A stretch of DNA of 64,000 nucleotides from Antechinus flavipes (taxonomy: Eukaryota), in contig NC_067398.1 in assembly GCF_016432865.1 (NCBI RefSeq), forward strand, positions 483,662,001 through 483,726,000, given 5' to 3'. Of this stretch, positions 38,169 to 51,050 are shown piece after piece (position 1 is the first letter of the stretch; every line of letters starts with the position of its first letter). A program made the position numbers and the translations under genes. The notes under the pieces were generated by a model. The model searched no databases, was not told the DNA's origin, and was given only the letters and a program-made list of their open reading frames with translations.

Positions 38169-38363
38169 GTGAAAAACAAGCAGCTACTCATATAAGTCTT
38201 GATCAGGAATATGATTCTGAATCTTCTCAACAGTGGAGGGAACTTGAAGAGCAAGTTGTAGCTGTAATTAACAAAGGAATAATTCCATCAAATTTCCATC
38301 CAACACAATACTGTCTGAACAGCTATACAGACAATTCAAGATTTCCACTTGCTGTTGTAGAAG
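38169..38363 (+). CDS. TRAPPC8: TRAPPC8 window exon 13 (195 nt, phase 1-1)
   Basis: (G)EKQAATHISLDQEYDSESSQQWRELEEQVV...NSRFPLAVVE; ttttag / gtgaat. Confidence 0.95.
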
Positions 38364-38402
38364 GTGAATTTTGAAATTTTTTTTTTACTTTCTGTTAACA
38401 AG

Positions 38403-38407
<5 letters not shown>

Positions 38408-38452
<45 letters not shown>

Positions 38453-38470
38453 ACACACACAGATACACAC
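38408..38470. repeat. (CT)n followed by (CA)n microsatellite
   Basis: About 19 CT units then CA units, 45 nt after the exon 13 donor. Confidence 0.95.
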
Positions 38471-38608
38471 CCATGTGGGATTAGGAAACTAGCAATTTTG
38501 GGGGTAAAGTTATAGATTTATTTTAATAGTAAAGAATCGAACCAAATCAGGTTGGCAAACTATTCACTGTTTGTAAAATGTTCTTCAAAATTGATTTTTC
38601 TTTAATAG

Positions 38609-38739
38609 AGCCAATAACTGTGGAAGTGGCTTTTAGAAACCCCTTGAAGGTTCCGCTTTTGTTGACGGAATTATCTTTGCTTTGGAAATTTCAACCTAAA
38701 GGTTCAAATTCAAAGGATAATGAAGAAACAAAAGAACTA
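38609..38739 (+). CDS. TRAPPC8: TRAPPC8 window exon 14 (131 nt, phase 1-0)
   Basis: (E)PITVEVAFRNPLKVPLLLTELSLLWKFQPKGSNSKDNEETKEL; taatag / gtaagt. Confidence 0.95.
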
Positions 38740-38869
38740 GTAAGTTATTAAAAGGTATTTGCAGTGAATGTTTCCACAATTATAATTTATTAGTTAGTCT
38801 TATAATATTCAAACTTTGGATTGCTCATTGAATATAATACATACTTGTTCTTAAGGGATGTACTTAAAA

Positions 38870-39125
38870 TATGTTGTTGTTTTGGGTCTTTTTTCAATTG
38901 TGTCTGATTCTTTATGAATTTGGGATTTTCTTGATAAAGATACTACACTGGTTTACCATATCTTTCTCCTCATTTTTAAAGATAATGAATTGAGGCAAAT
39001 AAGATTAAATCACAGAACTATTAAGGGTCACAGAACTAATAAGTGTTTGAGGCCAAACTTGAACTCAGGAAAATGAGCCCTCTTGACTCTAGATTCAGTT
39101 TTATATCCATTGTGCCATGTAGGTA
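38870..39125 (-). mobile_element. MAR1-type CORE-SINE with RTE-derived tail
   Basis: gtgtctgattctttatga...ttttcttgataaagatactacactggtttaccat, followed by the CORE segment. Confidence 0.65.
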
Positions 39126-39519
39126 TACTTCAAATATATTTTCGAGAAAGGTATTGTTACAGTGGTTAGTCATTCAGATCTAAATGATTTACTTAAATTC
39201 TTTTGTTAACTAGTCTTTCAAATGTAAAATTTCACTCTATTCCACATGTAGATATATTAAACTAATGTAGTAGAAGAAATTAGTTTCAAGCTAAAAAGTA
39301 GCTCACTTTTGCAATCCTGCCAGTGTTTAAGAAAAGGTTGAATTATTTTCTATGTACTTCTCTTTAAATGTCTGTGAGTTACTAAATATTCTGAAATTTT
39401 TCTATAAAAATAGTTGAAATAAATATATTGGTGTTTTTTAGAAGATGAATTTAATTTAGTAGATCATTTATGTATGTGAAATTATTAATTCTTAATTAGC
39501 ATATATTAAGCATCATACA

Positions 39520-39940
39520 CTATACTAAACACTGAGAATACAAAGAAAAGTAAAAGACAGTTCCTGTTCTCAGAAAACTTGCTGTCCAGTGGGAGAGACT
39601 CCAGGTAAACAATTATGTACAAACAAGATATAAATCATTTCACATTAGGGGCAATTAGTAATGGCTTCCTGGGATTTTAGTTAGGAGTTGAAGGACACCT
39701 AGAAAGTTAATAAGCAAGGATGGTGAGGGTCCCAGACATATGGATCAGCCAGTTAAAAAACTCAGGAGATGGAGTGTCTTGTTCAAGAAATAGCAAGAAG
39801 GCCATTGTATCTTAGACCACATGGTGGCAGGAGTTGGAGCTGGGTGGTTGGGGAAGTGTAAAGTGTAAAGAAGATTAGAATGATACAGAGGCCGGATTAT
39901 GAAGGGCTTTAAAAAGTGCCCAAAAGAATTTTATGTTCAT
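39520..39940 (-). mobile_element. L2 fragment
   Basis: tactaaacactgagaatacaaagaaaagtaaaagacagttcctgttctcag antisense L2 end. Confidence 0.6.
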
Positions 39941-40204
39941 TCTGGGAGCCTCCTTCTCACTCTCTCTCTCTTCTTCCCTTCTCCCCTTCCCCTCACCCCC
40001 CATATTCTTGTCATACACTGACCACATTCTGAGAGACTAAGAAGGCAAGTTTGACAGTGTCAGTATCTTAATGTACATGTGATATTTTGTTTCATCAAAA
40101 TATTTCTATTAAATATTATGATTGTCATTCTGGACAGCATTTGGATTTAGGCCCAGAGAACTATCAAGCTCTGCATACTCAGCAATATCCTAATATTCTA
40201 AAGC

Positions 40205-40835
40205 TATTTTAAAGGGGTACAGTTAAAGGGTAAGGACCTATTTGTACAAAAAGTATTTATAGTAACTCAATTTTGTGGTGCCAAAGAATTAGAAATTGAA
40301 TAGATGCCCATTAATTGGAAATGACTGAACAAGTTGTGATATATGATTGTGATGAAATATTATTATGATATAAGAAATTAGGAGCAGGATGATTTCAGAA
40401 AAGCCTGGAAAAACATGAACTGATGCAAAGTGAATTGAGCATAACCAGGAGAACATTATACACAGGAACAGCATTATCGTTTGAAGATCAATTGTGAATG
40501 ACTTGGCTATTCTTAGCAATACAGAGAACCGAGAAAATCCGAAGGGCTTATAAAAAAACACTATTTACTTCCAGAGAAAGAATTGATGGTGTCTGAGTGC
40601 AGATTGAAATATAATTTGGGGGGGATGAGGAGTGAGGGTATGGGGGTCTGTTTTCTTTCACAATGTGACCGATATGGAAATATATTCTGCTTGGTCATAC
40701 ATATATAACTTATATCAAATTGCTTACTGTCTCAGGCAGAGAGAAGGAAGGGAAGGACAGAAAATTTGAAGTTCACTATTTTAAAATGGGAATGTTAAAA
40801 ATTGTTTTTATATAAAGTTGGGAAAAATAAAATGT
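40205..40835 (+). mobile_element. Older L1 3' end, sense to TRAPPC8
   Basis: ggacctatttgtacaaaaagtatttatag (GPICTK-like ORF2 tail) running to AATAAA at 40826-40831. Confidence 0.8.
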
Positions 40836-40865
40836 CACTAGAACATAAATATTGATTGTTTTTAG

Positions 40866-40940
40866 GTGACTTCTGGAAATGAAATGATTGGAACTGAAGT
40901 TATATCAGAATTCTTAATTAATAGTGAGGAAACAAAAATG
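40866..40940 (+). CDS. TRAPPC8: TRAPPC8 window exon 15 (75 nt, phase 0-0)
   Basis: VTSGNEMIGTEVISEFLINSEETKM; ttttag / gtaagt. Confidence 0.93.
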
Positions 40941-41269
40941 GTAAGTATTTGTCACATTGTTTTCTAGCATTTTACATTTAGTGTAAAATAAAAAATATAG
41001 AAAATAAAACTGGATATAAAAATAATCTGAATAGATTAGTTTTAATTATTTTAAATGGCTATCTTATATCCTGTATTATATTTTCCTTATTTATGCATTG
41101 CTTCTTACTATTATTCCTCATTGCATTATTGCTAAGCCACTAAAAATTATGTTTTTCTGTAGTAAAAATTCTTTGATCTTAGAATTTGTATTCTTTTTTG
41201 CTCTTCTTAAAATTAAACAGTCTGGCCTTGTATATTTGCAGCATGATTACATATTTATTTGGTTATTTT

Positions 41270-41316
41270 AACTAAGAAATTTTAAGAACATTAAACTAAG
41301 AAATTTAAGAACATTA
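41270..41316. repeat. Direct tandem duplication (24 + 23 bp)
   Basis: aactaagaaattttaagaacatta followed by aactaagaaatttaagaacatta. Confidence 0.9.
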
Positions 41317-41327
41317 CAAACAATAAT

Positions 41328-41360
41328 GATGATGATAATCATGATGATGATGATGATGAT
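41328..41360. repeat. (GAT)n microsatellite
   Basis: Imperfect GAT run 26 nt upstream of exon 16. Confidence 0.9.
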
Positions 41361-41386
41361 AGTAATAACTTGATATATCTCCACAG

Positions 41387-41513
41387 GCAAGGCTAAAGCT
41401 CTTTCCCCATCATATAGGGGAACTTCACATTCTGGGAGTTGTTTATAATCTTGGCACTATTCAAAGTTCGGTAGGGCTAGACGGCATTGGCTCTATTCCT
41501 GGATGTCATGCAG
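41387..41513 (+). CDS. TRAPPC8: TRAPPC8 window exon 16 (127 nt, phase 0-1)
   Basis: ARLKLFPHHIGELHILGVVYNLGTIQSSVGLDGIGSIPGCHA; ccacag / gtaata. Confidence 0.95.
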
Positions 41514-41569
41514 GTAATAAAATGTTATCCTAAGGAAAATTGTAAATTTTACAATTGAATTTTATTATA

Positions 41570-43960
41570 TTCCAATCTTTTTTAGGCTTGATTTTTTTTT
41601 TTTTAAGACACATCATCTCATTTTTTCCCCCTCCTTTCTGTTAGATTTAATGTATCTCTTCAGAATTCTCATAAATCTTTGTCTGCTTTTCTTTTATATT
41701 ATCAACTACAGGTAATTTCTACTGGACCTTATTGAGCATTTCCATTATTGTCAAATCAAATTTAGTCAATCCTGATTGAGATTTAAAACTTTTTATGGTT
41801 TACTCTTTTTAAGAAAAATAAAACATCCAATATAAAGGAGCAAATAGTTCTAGAAGTGATTGTTCTTCAGTATTTCAAACTATCTGATTTCATTTCACCA
41901 TGGTTATTCCTCTTGCTAACATCAGTTTTAACTGTTCTGTGCCTTAATACGTGATTTCATACGTTGTTGGGCATGTAATTTAACTTCAAAATAAACTTTG
42001 TTAATTTCTACTTATCTTTGCAGTCACAACCTTTTTATTAGCTTTGTGAGTCCTGCTAGGCTGGCACTCACTGGTGTGCTGCCTATTTACTTAGGGCTAT
42101 ACCAAAGCAATTTTTAGTTCCTAGAGCTGGAGTCTTCTGGTTCTCTTGGCTATGCTAAAGCACACAGGGGATCCTGGTGTAAATGTTTGCCCTCTCTAAT
42201 ACACTGGTGCTCAAGATCTCCTGCTAATTTGCTGAGGTGGGGCTTATTGCCAGCTTGCTAGGAAGCTTCCTGGCCTGGACTGTGCTGATTCTTGAAGTTC
42301 AATTATTTAGTTTCCAATTTCTTTTTAATCCTTTTTTCAATGTTTATTCCATTGTAATTAAAGGGTATGCTTAGTCCAGAATTTTTAAAAATCAGTTTTT
42401 ATGGAGATGACTTATAGCTAAGAAATATATAGATACTTTTATGTTTCCATTCATTATCAGTGAAATATTATTTCTAACTTTTGCAAAGTTCTAAAGGTCC
42501 TTATTTATGTTTTGTTACATATTTCTCTAAATAATTTGATTCCTTTTTTATACATGTGGTACTGTTTGATGAATACATATTGATACTGATTTATCATGTA
42601 TGATGCTTTTATACATAATACAGTTTTCTTACCTACTTCTTTTTTAGTACTATTTTTATTGTTGATTTCCCAAATGTAATAATTTACTATCCCTGTTTTT
42701 TTTGAGTTCACTTGAAGCATTATAGATTTTTACCTTGTTTCTTGTTGCTTTTCCCCTGATTAGATTATCCTAAATTTTGCTAGATAAGTTATTCTTAATT
42801 ATAAAATTTTATTTGTTTGCTATAGCATTATCGTATTTTAAGTTCTTCTAGAAGTCAGATGGTAGTTTATTGTGATCTTGAGTGTATATTCTGGATAGTT
42901 CTTGATGTTTCTGGGATCTTTTTTTTCCCCCCTCTTGTAGTTTCAGGAGGTGATCAATGGATTCTATTTTTATCTTTCACTTTGTTTCCAATGCATATGG
43001 GAATTTTTTGTTTATTAATTTTTGAAATGTGGTATCCAAATTCCTTTATTTGGAGGGAGGAGTTGTGATTTCAGTTGTTCAATGATGCTTATATTATGTC
43101 TTCTTGACCTGTTTTTCCTCCCCTACTATCTCCCCCATCTTTTTAGTTTTATTTTAATATGTCCTCTTGTTTCATGGAGTCATTGTTTTCTCTTTGGCCC
43201 ATTCTAATTTTCAGGGATTTCAATTATTCAATAAGCTTTACCATTGTATGTTAAGTGATCAATTTTATATGCCATTCTTACCTCCTTAGCTGTTATTTAC
43301 TTAACATTACATCATTTATCTCTTGTTTGTTCATCGATGTCATCTCTTTCTTCTCCTCCTCTGGTCTTGCATAAAATAGCAAAGATGACTAGACTTGATC
43401 TTTAGGAATTCCTGTTTTGGGGCTTTAGTTTTTCTGGTGACTTAGCTTACCAATTTCCTTCTAGTTTATTTCTCAGCCCAAGTTAGCTCTATCATTGCTG
43501 TGACCCTGATTATGCCTTCTCACCCTGCCCCCATTCCTGATACCTTCTTTGATGTTACTGATATAAGACCCCAGATGGTTTTACTTCTTGAATGTTTCCT
43601 TACTCTCTTATCCTGCTGTGATTCCTAGGGTGTGGACTGCCTAAACCTGGGCTTATCAGCTGTTCTGCCTGGGCCCTGCTTAGTCTTTCTCTCCCTTCTA
43701 TGCCTTGAATGTGGCTGCCCAAAGGTTTTTCTAGCCATGTCTTCTTTTTTGGGATCTCTGAAATGTTGCCTTTCTAAACTGGCTTGTCTTTGTTCAGTTT
43801 TTCCATCAGATTCTGAAGGTCTTTTTTGTGCAAAGTTGGACTATATGGAAGACTTTAAAGCTTTTTTCTCTTTTTTTTTTTTTTTTTTGCCTTGCTTTGT
43901 TTTAACATTGTCACTTCTCAGGTAATGAATTTTACTGTGGGGTGAGTGGGGATTCTGAGT
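41570..43960 (-). mobile_element. Fragmented old L1 (ORF1 and 5'UTR-like pieces)
   Basis: tttcaggaggtgatcaatggattct antisense ORF1 motif at about 42940; T-rich strand. Confidence 0.5.
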
Positions 43961-44752
43961 TCCCCTATCTTATCTTATCATGCTTCTATCTTCTTGCAGT
44001 TTCATGTAATTTACATTTTATTTTAGCAGAGTGGGTTTTTACTCCAAATGTGATTTCATAATTTTGATTGTACCCATTTTCCTCATACATAATTTTGATG
44101 GAAGGTTTTGCTTGTAGGGAATCTGAAAGTCATTCACTACTTCACCTCTTTCTTTGAAATCCTCTTCACAATAAGGATATATTTAAAGACTAACAATCAG
44201 AAAAAATAAAGACATATTTCCATATTGCTGTATATGCTTTGCAAAGATACTTTTTTTTCTGCTTAAGTATGATTAAATATGTGGTTATCAGAGGGCTTTT
44301 CATTATAAGCTTTAGGGAATCACAGGATAAGAGTTCAAATTCCTGTTCTGATACATAGATTTATGTTTGGAATTTCTCATTTGTAAAAATGAGGGCAGTT
44401 CAACTATATGACTGCTGACTTTCCTTGTAGCTCCATAGCTATCAAAAGTAATTGCAGAGCAGTTGTAAAATAATCTTTAAAATTTGTTTTCCTTAACATC
44501 CTTTTGCTTTGTTTCATATTTGTTTTGTATATCATTTCCCTTTGAGAAAAATACAGTTTACAAAACTGTCTTTGACTTTTCTATAGATCAGTTCTCTTCC
44601 ATTCTTCCCCTCCCCCCAATCCCCATGAAGGGGTATAAGACAATTAAGCAGCATACTATTATTGGTAATTGTAGCTTAAAAATATACTAAATGAATGCCA
44701 ACTAATCTATCCTCTTTGTTTTCAGAGTGTTGTGATTTTTTTTTTTTTCCAG

Positions 44753-44910
44753 GAAAGCATCCTGCTAGCATAATGTCAGTAAGAGGGCGGCAGGATTTAG
44801 AAATTCAAGGTCCTCGACTTAATAATACAAAAGAAGAAAAAACATCTATTAAATATGGTCCTGATCGCCGTTTAGATCCCATTATCACTGAGGAAATGCC
44901 ATTATTGGAG
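44753..44910 (+). CDS. TRAPPC8: TRAPPC8 window exon 17 (158 nt, phase 1-0)
   Basis: (G)KHPASIMSVRGRQDLEIQGPRLNNTKEEKTSIKYGPDRRLDPIITEEMPLLE; ttccag / gtatgg. Confidence 0.93.
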
Positions 44911-47429
44911 GTATGGATTAATCAAAAATGCAAAAAAGCAAAAATACTTACAAAGGCTTAATTTGTTAAAATAACTACACAAATGATCCTACTCATATCT
45001 GGGATCCAAAATGTTGCATTTGAAATTGAATATATGAGTAATGGTGCACTACTGATTTTCTTATCAAGTATATCATCTCTTTAAGACAGATAGGTATGAG
45101 TTGAAAATTTCCAGGTTGGTCAAAAAAATCAATAATGTATAGTATTTTTCTTTTAGCCTTCCCACTGATTGGTTAGGTTTCTCTGGTTTTGATCCTTATA
45201 TCCATCCATTCCTTTTACAATTTGTAAGTTGTTCATCTTAGTTTATAGATATGACCAATGTATCTTTCAGTGAGTGATGAATTCCCTTTTTAGATGAGTT
45301 GAGCTTTACTTTTGTTATCTATAAGACAGAATTTTATAGGCTAGCCACATATAATTTCCATGTTTTATATAACATAAGGATTGAAATTGGAATAGGTGAA
45401 CAATCTATCCTCTAAACTTTAATAATTTTGCTTTTAAATGTCAATTATAAATTGTTTTTATTTTTAACTGTGAAGACTTGAATTAATGGAGAATTTGTGA
45501 AAAATACCTTATATTAAAATAAGTATCCCAGTTATAAAAAAGAATTCTAAAATTTTTATCTATAATTCCTATTTAAGGAATTTAGTTCCTTACTTGGAAG
45601 TTCCTTATGTAAATGAAATTACAGATCTAGTCCTAATTGATTCCTTGTTAGGGTATAAAATATTCTAGGAAATTATATACTGTATTGTGATTTATTATTC
45701 TAGCAAGTTAGCTATGGTAAGATGTGCCTGATATATATAGAATATAGAAATTGGGATTATACCTTTGATTTCAAAGAGAATGCCTAAATTAGGAAACTCT
45801 TTGCTAATGCAGATTGGCAACTCTTCAACTTACAGTTTTAGAGTGATGCCTAAAGCATTAAAACGTTAAGTGAATTGTCCATAGTCATATAGCTGGTATA
45901 TGTCAGAGGCAAGACTTGAAATTAGGTTTTCCTGGTTTTCAGGTCCATGTCTTTCTAGAATGTTGCCCTGATTAGAACGAAAGGATATATATTTTTTCTA
46001 CATTTTTTCATTTAACTTGTAATCGAGAGAACAGCTGTTTTTTGGCAATGAATAGGGATCAAAAAGCTGTAACAATTAGAAAGCAATATAAAATATGGAA
46101 ATACTGATAAAAATAAAAGTGATTTTTGTACTAGAAACAAAATATGTTCTGCTAATGCCTCCCAATGTCTATCCCTACTCTGACTCCTTTGATAGATGGA
46201 TATAATGTTGATCTTTTCATCTCCATTTTAGTTTGGATATTAAAAATTTTTAGTATACTCTTTATAGTTCCCTTATTAAGAACATTAACAAACTTTGAAA
46301 AATTTTCAAAGCTAGGAAGATACAGGATATAGGAAAATATTCTTTTGTGTATTTAATTTTGAGTTTCATATCTATCAAGAAGATGGATTTTAAAATTTCT
46401 CATGTCTTATTAAATTTTAGTCATACAGATAGTACTGATAATAGAAGAGAAATTACTAAAACTGAAAGTTGTGTTATATCTGTGCGAAATGGTGGGGAGG
46501 AGTTTTCAATGCTTTATTTCTGTCCCTATTTCAAAATAATGAAAACTCAGATGACATTTCTGGATGGTGTTTGTTCCCCCAGAGATTAATATACATATTG
46601 ATCTTTGTTATTTTGTTAAATGATCCTAGACAGTGACTACACAGTAAACTCTCCAAGTTTGCAGTGATCATTAAGATATTGTAATGAAATGCCAAGCTAG
46701 TAGAAACAAACTAAGACAATCTAATAAAGCTTTGTGCATTTAATATCCCAAAAAAAGAAAGGGGGGGGCTGATTAACTAAGGTTAAGGAAATATGCTCAA
46801 AGAAAATATGAAATTATAATTTTATAATAATGGAATTTGTCTGAAAAAAAGGACTTATTCTCACAACTTTGGTAAGAGACATGAAAATATATAAAGACTT
46901 TAAAAGACATTGATTCAGTGATCATAAGGGTCAGATCTTGATTATAATGGACAACAAAATTCATATAAAATATATATTGCATCTGTATCTGAGATACTAT
47001 ATATGTTTCTAGTTATTTTACATTGTAAAAATTATAAAGCTATCCAAGTCCAGATAAAGATTACAAAAATAGTCAGTGAAGATACTCTAGTAGCAAACTC
47101 TAAATTCGTATTCAGGACATAAAAATAATATTACAGATGGAATAGAGATTAAAATTTATTATAAACATTATGAGGAGCTTAAGGAAGATAACACTGGTGC
47201 AACATCAAAAAGACCTGAGTATAAAAGCAAGTTATGTAATTTTTCTGTTACTCATCTTTATAGAAGACAATGCAGACATTTGTATCTGTGAAAAGTGCAT
47301 CCACATCAGAAAATTCTTAACACCAATGAAATCGTCAAACTAGACCATGTATGAAAAAGCAGTGAGTTAGGTTAAAAAAGTCTCATTCATCAAATCTTAA
47401 TATGTGAGATTTGAAAATTGGGAAAGGAA

Positions 47430-47693
47430 TTTGGGCTTGGGAACACATGTGGGTGATCCCAGCTTCCAGGAAGGCTGAGAGATTTCTTAAGCTTAGGAAT
47501 TTCTAACTGCATTGGGCTGCCCCAGGAAAGAAACGCTTATTGAATACCCACTCTAAATATTGCATTAATATGAGAAAGAAGCTTCTTAGGAACAGATTTT
47601 CTAGGGAGGGAACCAGGTCAAGTCAGAAATGAAAAAGATCAAAACAGTGACTCTTGCCTTCCCAGTATGGGCAGGATAGGCCAACTTCCTATT
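47430..47693 (+). mobile_element. Degraded near-full-length 7SL-derived retroposon
   Basis: gatcccagcttccaggaaggctgag; gcattaatatgag; ggtcaagtcagaaatgaaaaagatcaaaac (S-domain helix 8-like); purine-rich decayed tail. Confidence 0.65.
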
Positions 47694-48689
47694 GGAAGGA
47701 AGGAAAGAGGGAAAGAGAGGAAGGGGGAGAGAGAAAAAGTAAAAAAGGGAGAAAGGATAGAAGTAGTTATTTAGAACATCTCTTCCATCTGTAATGATGT
47801 TACTGAAAAGTCTCTAGAATATTTTGAAATGAATTACTTACTAATAAAGATGATGTAGTTAGTCTTTAAAAAGTAGCATTTCTTTAATTTGCTTTTCTGA
47901 TGACAGAGAGAATACTGAGGTGTTCATTTATCCATTTTGCTTGTTTTTTTTTTTTTTTTGTTTTGTTTTGTTTTTTTGCCCTGTAGAACAAATCTTGTGC
48001 CACACATGACAACAATTTTATAGGGAATTGATGACAAATATAAGGAAGGGAATGGAAATGAGCACCTAGCTGCTTATAATGGATTTAAGTCATTTGACTC
48101 AGATGAATTACAAAGTAATATATCTTGGATACTGAAAGATCTGGAAGATAGAATTGTGGAGTAACTTGCACTCACATTTGAAAGATTATGGAAAATGAGA
48201 GAGAAACCACAAGGTTGGAGAAGGGCAGATATTGTCCTGGTTTTCAAAAAAGAGAAGATAAATACTTCCCACTATAGATCAAGGAGCTTGACATCAGTAT
48301 CTGGGTAAATTTTCGAACTGATCAGATCAGTTCATTGATCAGATCATTAAAGAGATGCTAGGCAAACAATGAGAAAGTGGTGATTACAAAGGACGAGGAT
48401 GACTTAGTCCAAAACATAGAATGGCAGACTAACTTAATTTCCTTTTTTTGACAAGATTACTAAAAGAGAAGATGAATGAAATGTTGTGGTATAGTTTACT
48501 TAGATTTTAGGAAAGCTTTTTAATAAAATAGGACATATTACTTTTTTGGAGAAAGATATAGATTAGATAAAGATACAGTTAAGTCATTGAAGTACTGGAT
48601 AGATGGGCTCAAAAAATAGCTAATGGCTCAGTGTTAACCAGGCAGTTCTTTAGTACAGGAAACAATCTGTATGTGGCACTATGATCATC

Positions 48690-50170
48690 AACTTTTTAAA
48701 GCATTTAATTTATTTTGTATTCTAAACTTGACACTACATAAAATGGGCATTTCCATATACCTAGTATAACAACAGAAATGTTTGTGCTTAAAATTGCAGA
48801 TCTGTTACATATAGCTTGTTTCTCTTTTAAATTTGTGATAAATTCAGTATATAATTTTAAAAATTGTGTCACCTGTGATTTTCTTGTCTTCTTTGTCTCT
48901 TCTCCCCCTATTATTAAGCATTTTCTCTCTCTCTTTCCTTTCCCTATTCACTGAAAAGAAAAATTGAAAGAAAGAAGAAATACAGAATTCAAGGTTTATA
49001 AGTAACAAAATAAATTCTTGCTTTGGCCATGTCCAAAAGACATTTATAATTCTGCTTATTAGTCTATCATCTCTCTTTCATGAAGTAGGCAGCATTCTTT
49101 TCAGTTCTCTACAGTCATTGCATTGAACAAATTTACTTTTATAGTATTGATGTACTCTAGCATAAATTTTTCTTCTGGTTCTGCTTACTTTATACTACAT
49201 CAATTCTTAAAAATCATCCAGGTCTCTTTGAAAACAATTTTTCCCCATTTCTTACAGCATAATAATATTCTGTTATACACATGAACCGTAATTTGTTCAG
49301 CCATTCTCAAATTGGTGGGCACTTCTTTAGTTTCCAATTTTTTTTGCCATTACAAAAAGAGCTGTTATAAATAATATGTATAGGACATTTTCTTCTCTAT
49401 TTAACCCATTTGGGATATAAGCATAGCATTGGTTTTCTTCGATTAAAGGACTTAACACTGTTTAGGAACTTTGGTCATGTTTCCAAATTGTTTTCCAGAA
49501 TGTTTAGACTAATTGTAGCTAGTATACTATTGTGCTTTTTGTCCCTTATTTCTTCCAATATTTATTTTGGTTTTGTTTCTTTTTTTGGTGAGCATTGCTG
49601 ATTTGTGGGTGTGACATGGAACTTCAGAATTAGTTTAATTTGCATTTCTCCATTAGTGATTTAGAACTTTTTTATATGATTGTATATAGTTTGAATTTCT
49701 TTGCTTGAGAGCTATCTGTAGCTGTTCACTTCCTTTATCAAGTGGGAAATAGTTCTTACACATTTAAATCAATTCCTTATATATCTTAGAAATGAGACCT
49801 TTATCAGGTAAACTTGCTGGGAATATTTCCTAGTTAACTGTTTCCATTCTAATCTTAGCTATATTGAGATTTACATACACAAAACCTTTTAAATTGTATT
49901 TATTCAGTTTTGCACTGATTAAATTGGCTGTTTAGACTTCTGAGAGATGCTTTGTATTATTTGTTTGGTCATGAACTCCCCATTAAAAGATCTGAAAAGT
50001 AATTTCTTCTTTCTCTAATTTATTTATGCTGTAACTTTTTTATATCTAAGTGATGTATCTGTTTGGAAGTTATTTTGGAATAAACCTAATTTCAGCCATA
50101 CTACTTTCCAGTTTTCCTAGCAGAATTGATAAAAGTTTTTGCTTCAGTAATTGTATTCTTTTGGCTTATT
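48690..50170 (-). mobile_element. Older L1 3' portion
   Basis: ttgttcagccattctcaaattggtgggcac...gagacctttatcag antisense ORF2/3'UTR. Confidence 0.75.
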
Positions 50171-50789
50171 GACCATTAGGCCATCTGGATAAAGGTAGAG
50201 ATCGAATGCTCAACAATTTTTCAGGTGATAGACACAAAAATTGGAGTATCTAATAGATGGCATATTGTATGGTAGTCATGATCCAAAAATATCCTGACAG
50301 AATAGAACATTGGGTTGAATCTAAGAAGCAGAAATTCAGCAGAGATAAATGCAAAGTCCTACACTTGGGTACCAAAGAAAATTATCTTCACAGGCCTTAA
50401 TGTGAGACACATTAGACTTTAATTAGGAAAAAGATGGTGGGGATTCAGGTGATTTGGGAGCTTACTATTAGCAGTGTGATTTGTTGCCAAAACAAATTAT
50501 CATGTTTGGCTATATTAGAGGAATATCTTTTAGGAATAGGGAGGTTGAGGTGATTGTGCAACTGTACTTTACCCTTATCAGACATGTAGAATATTCTTTG
50601 CAGTTTTGGGCACCACATTTTAAGAAAGATTCTGATAAACTGGAGAATATCTAGAAAAGAGCAGTCATGCTGAAGGACATTGATTCTATATTACTGAGCA
50701 CCATTTGAAGGAACTGCACATATATTTAGCCTGAAGAAGAGAAGATGTAAGAGCTTGGAAGGAGGAAAGTAGAGAATATGAAAGCTAGG

Positions 50790-51050
50790 GCTATAAGGCA
50801 GCTAGCCAGTAGTATAGTAGACAGAGGCTTGGGCCTGGAGTCATATTCAGCCTTACTGTATAATGCTAAGTCACATAGTATCCTAGATAAGTCACTTGAT
50901 TTCATAATCTCAGTTTCCTCGATTATAAAATAAGGACAATGATAATAGTACCTAGTTCACAGGGTTATTATTGTGAAGATCAAGTGAGATAGTATTTATA
51001 TGAAGAACTTAATACAGAGCCTCACACCTAATAGTGCTATATAAATGTCT
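50790..51050 (+). mobile_element. MIR
   Basis: tctcagtttcctcgattataaaataaggacaatgataatagtacctagttcacagggttatt. Confidence 0.7.
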
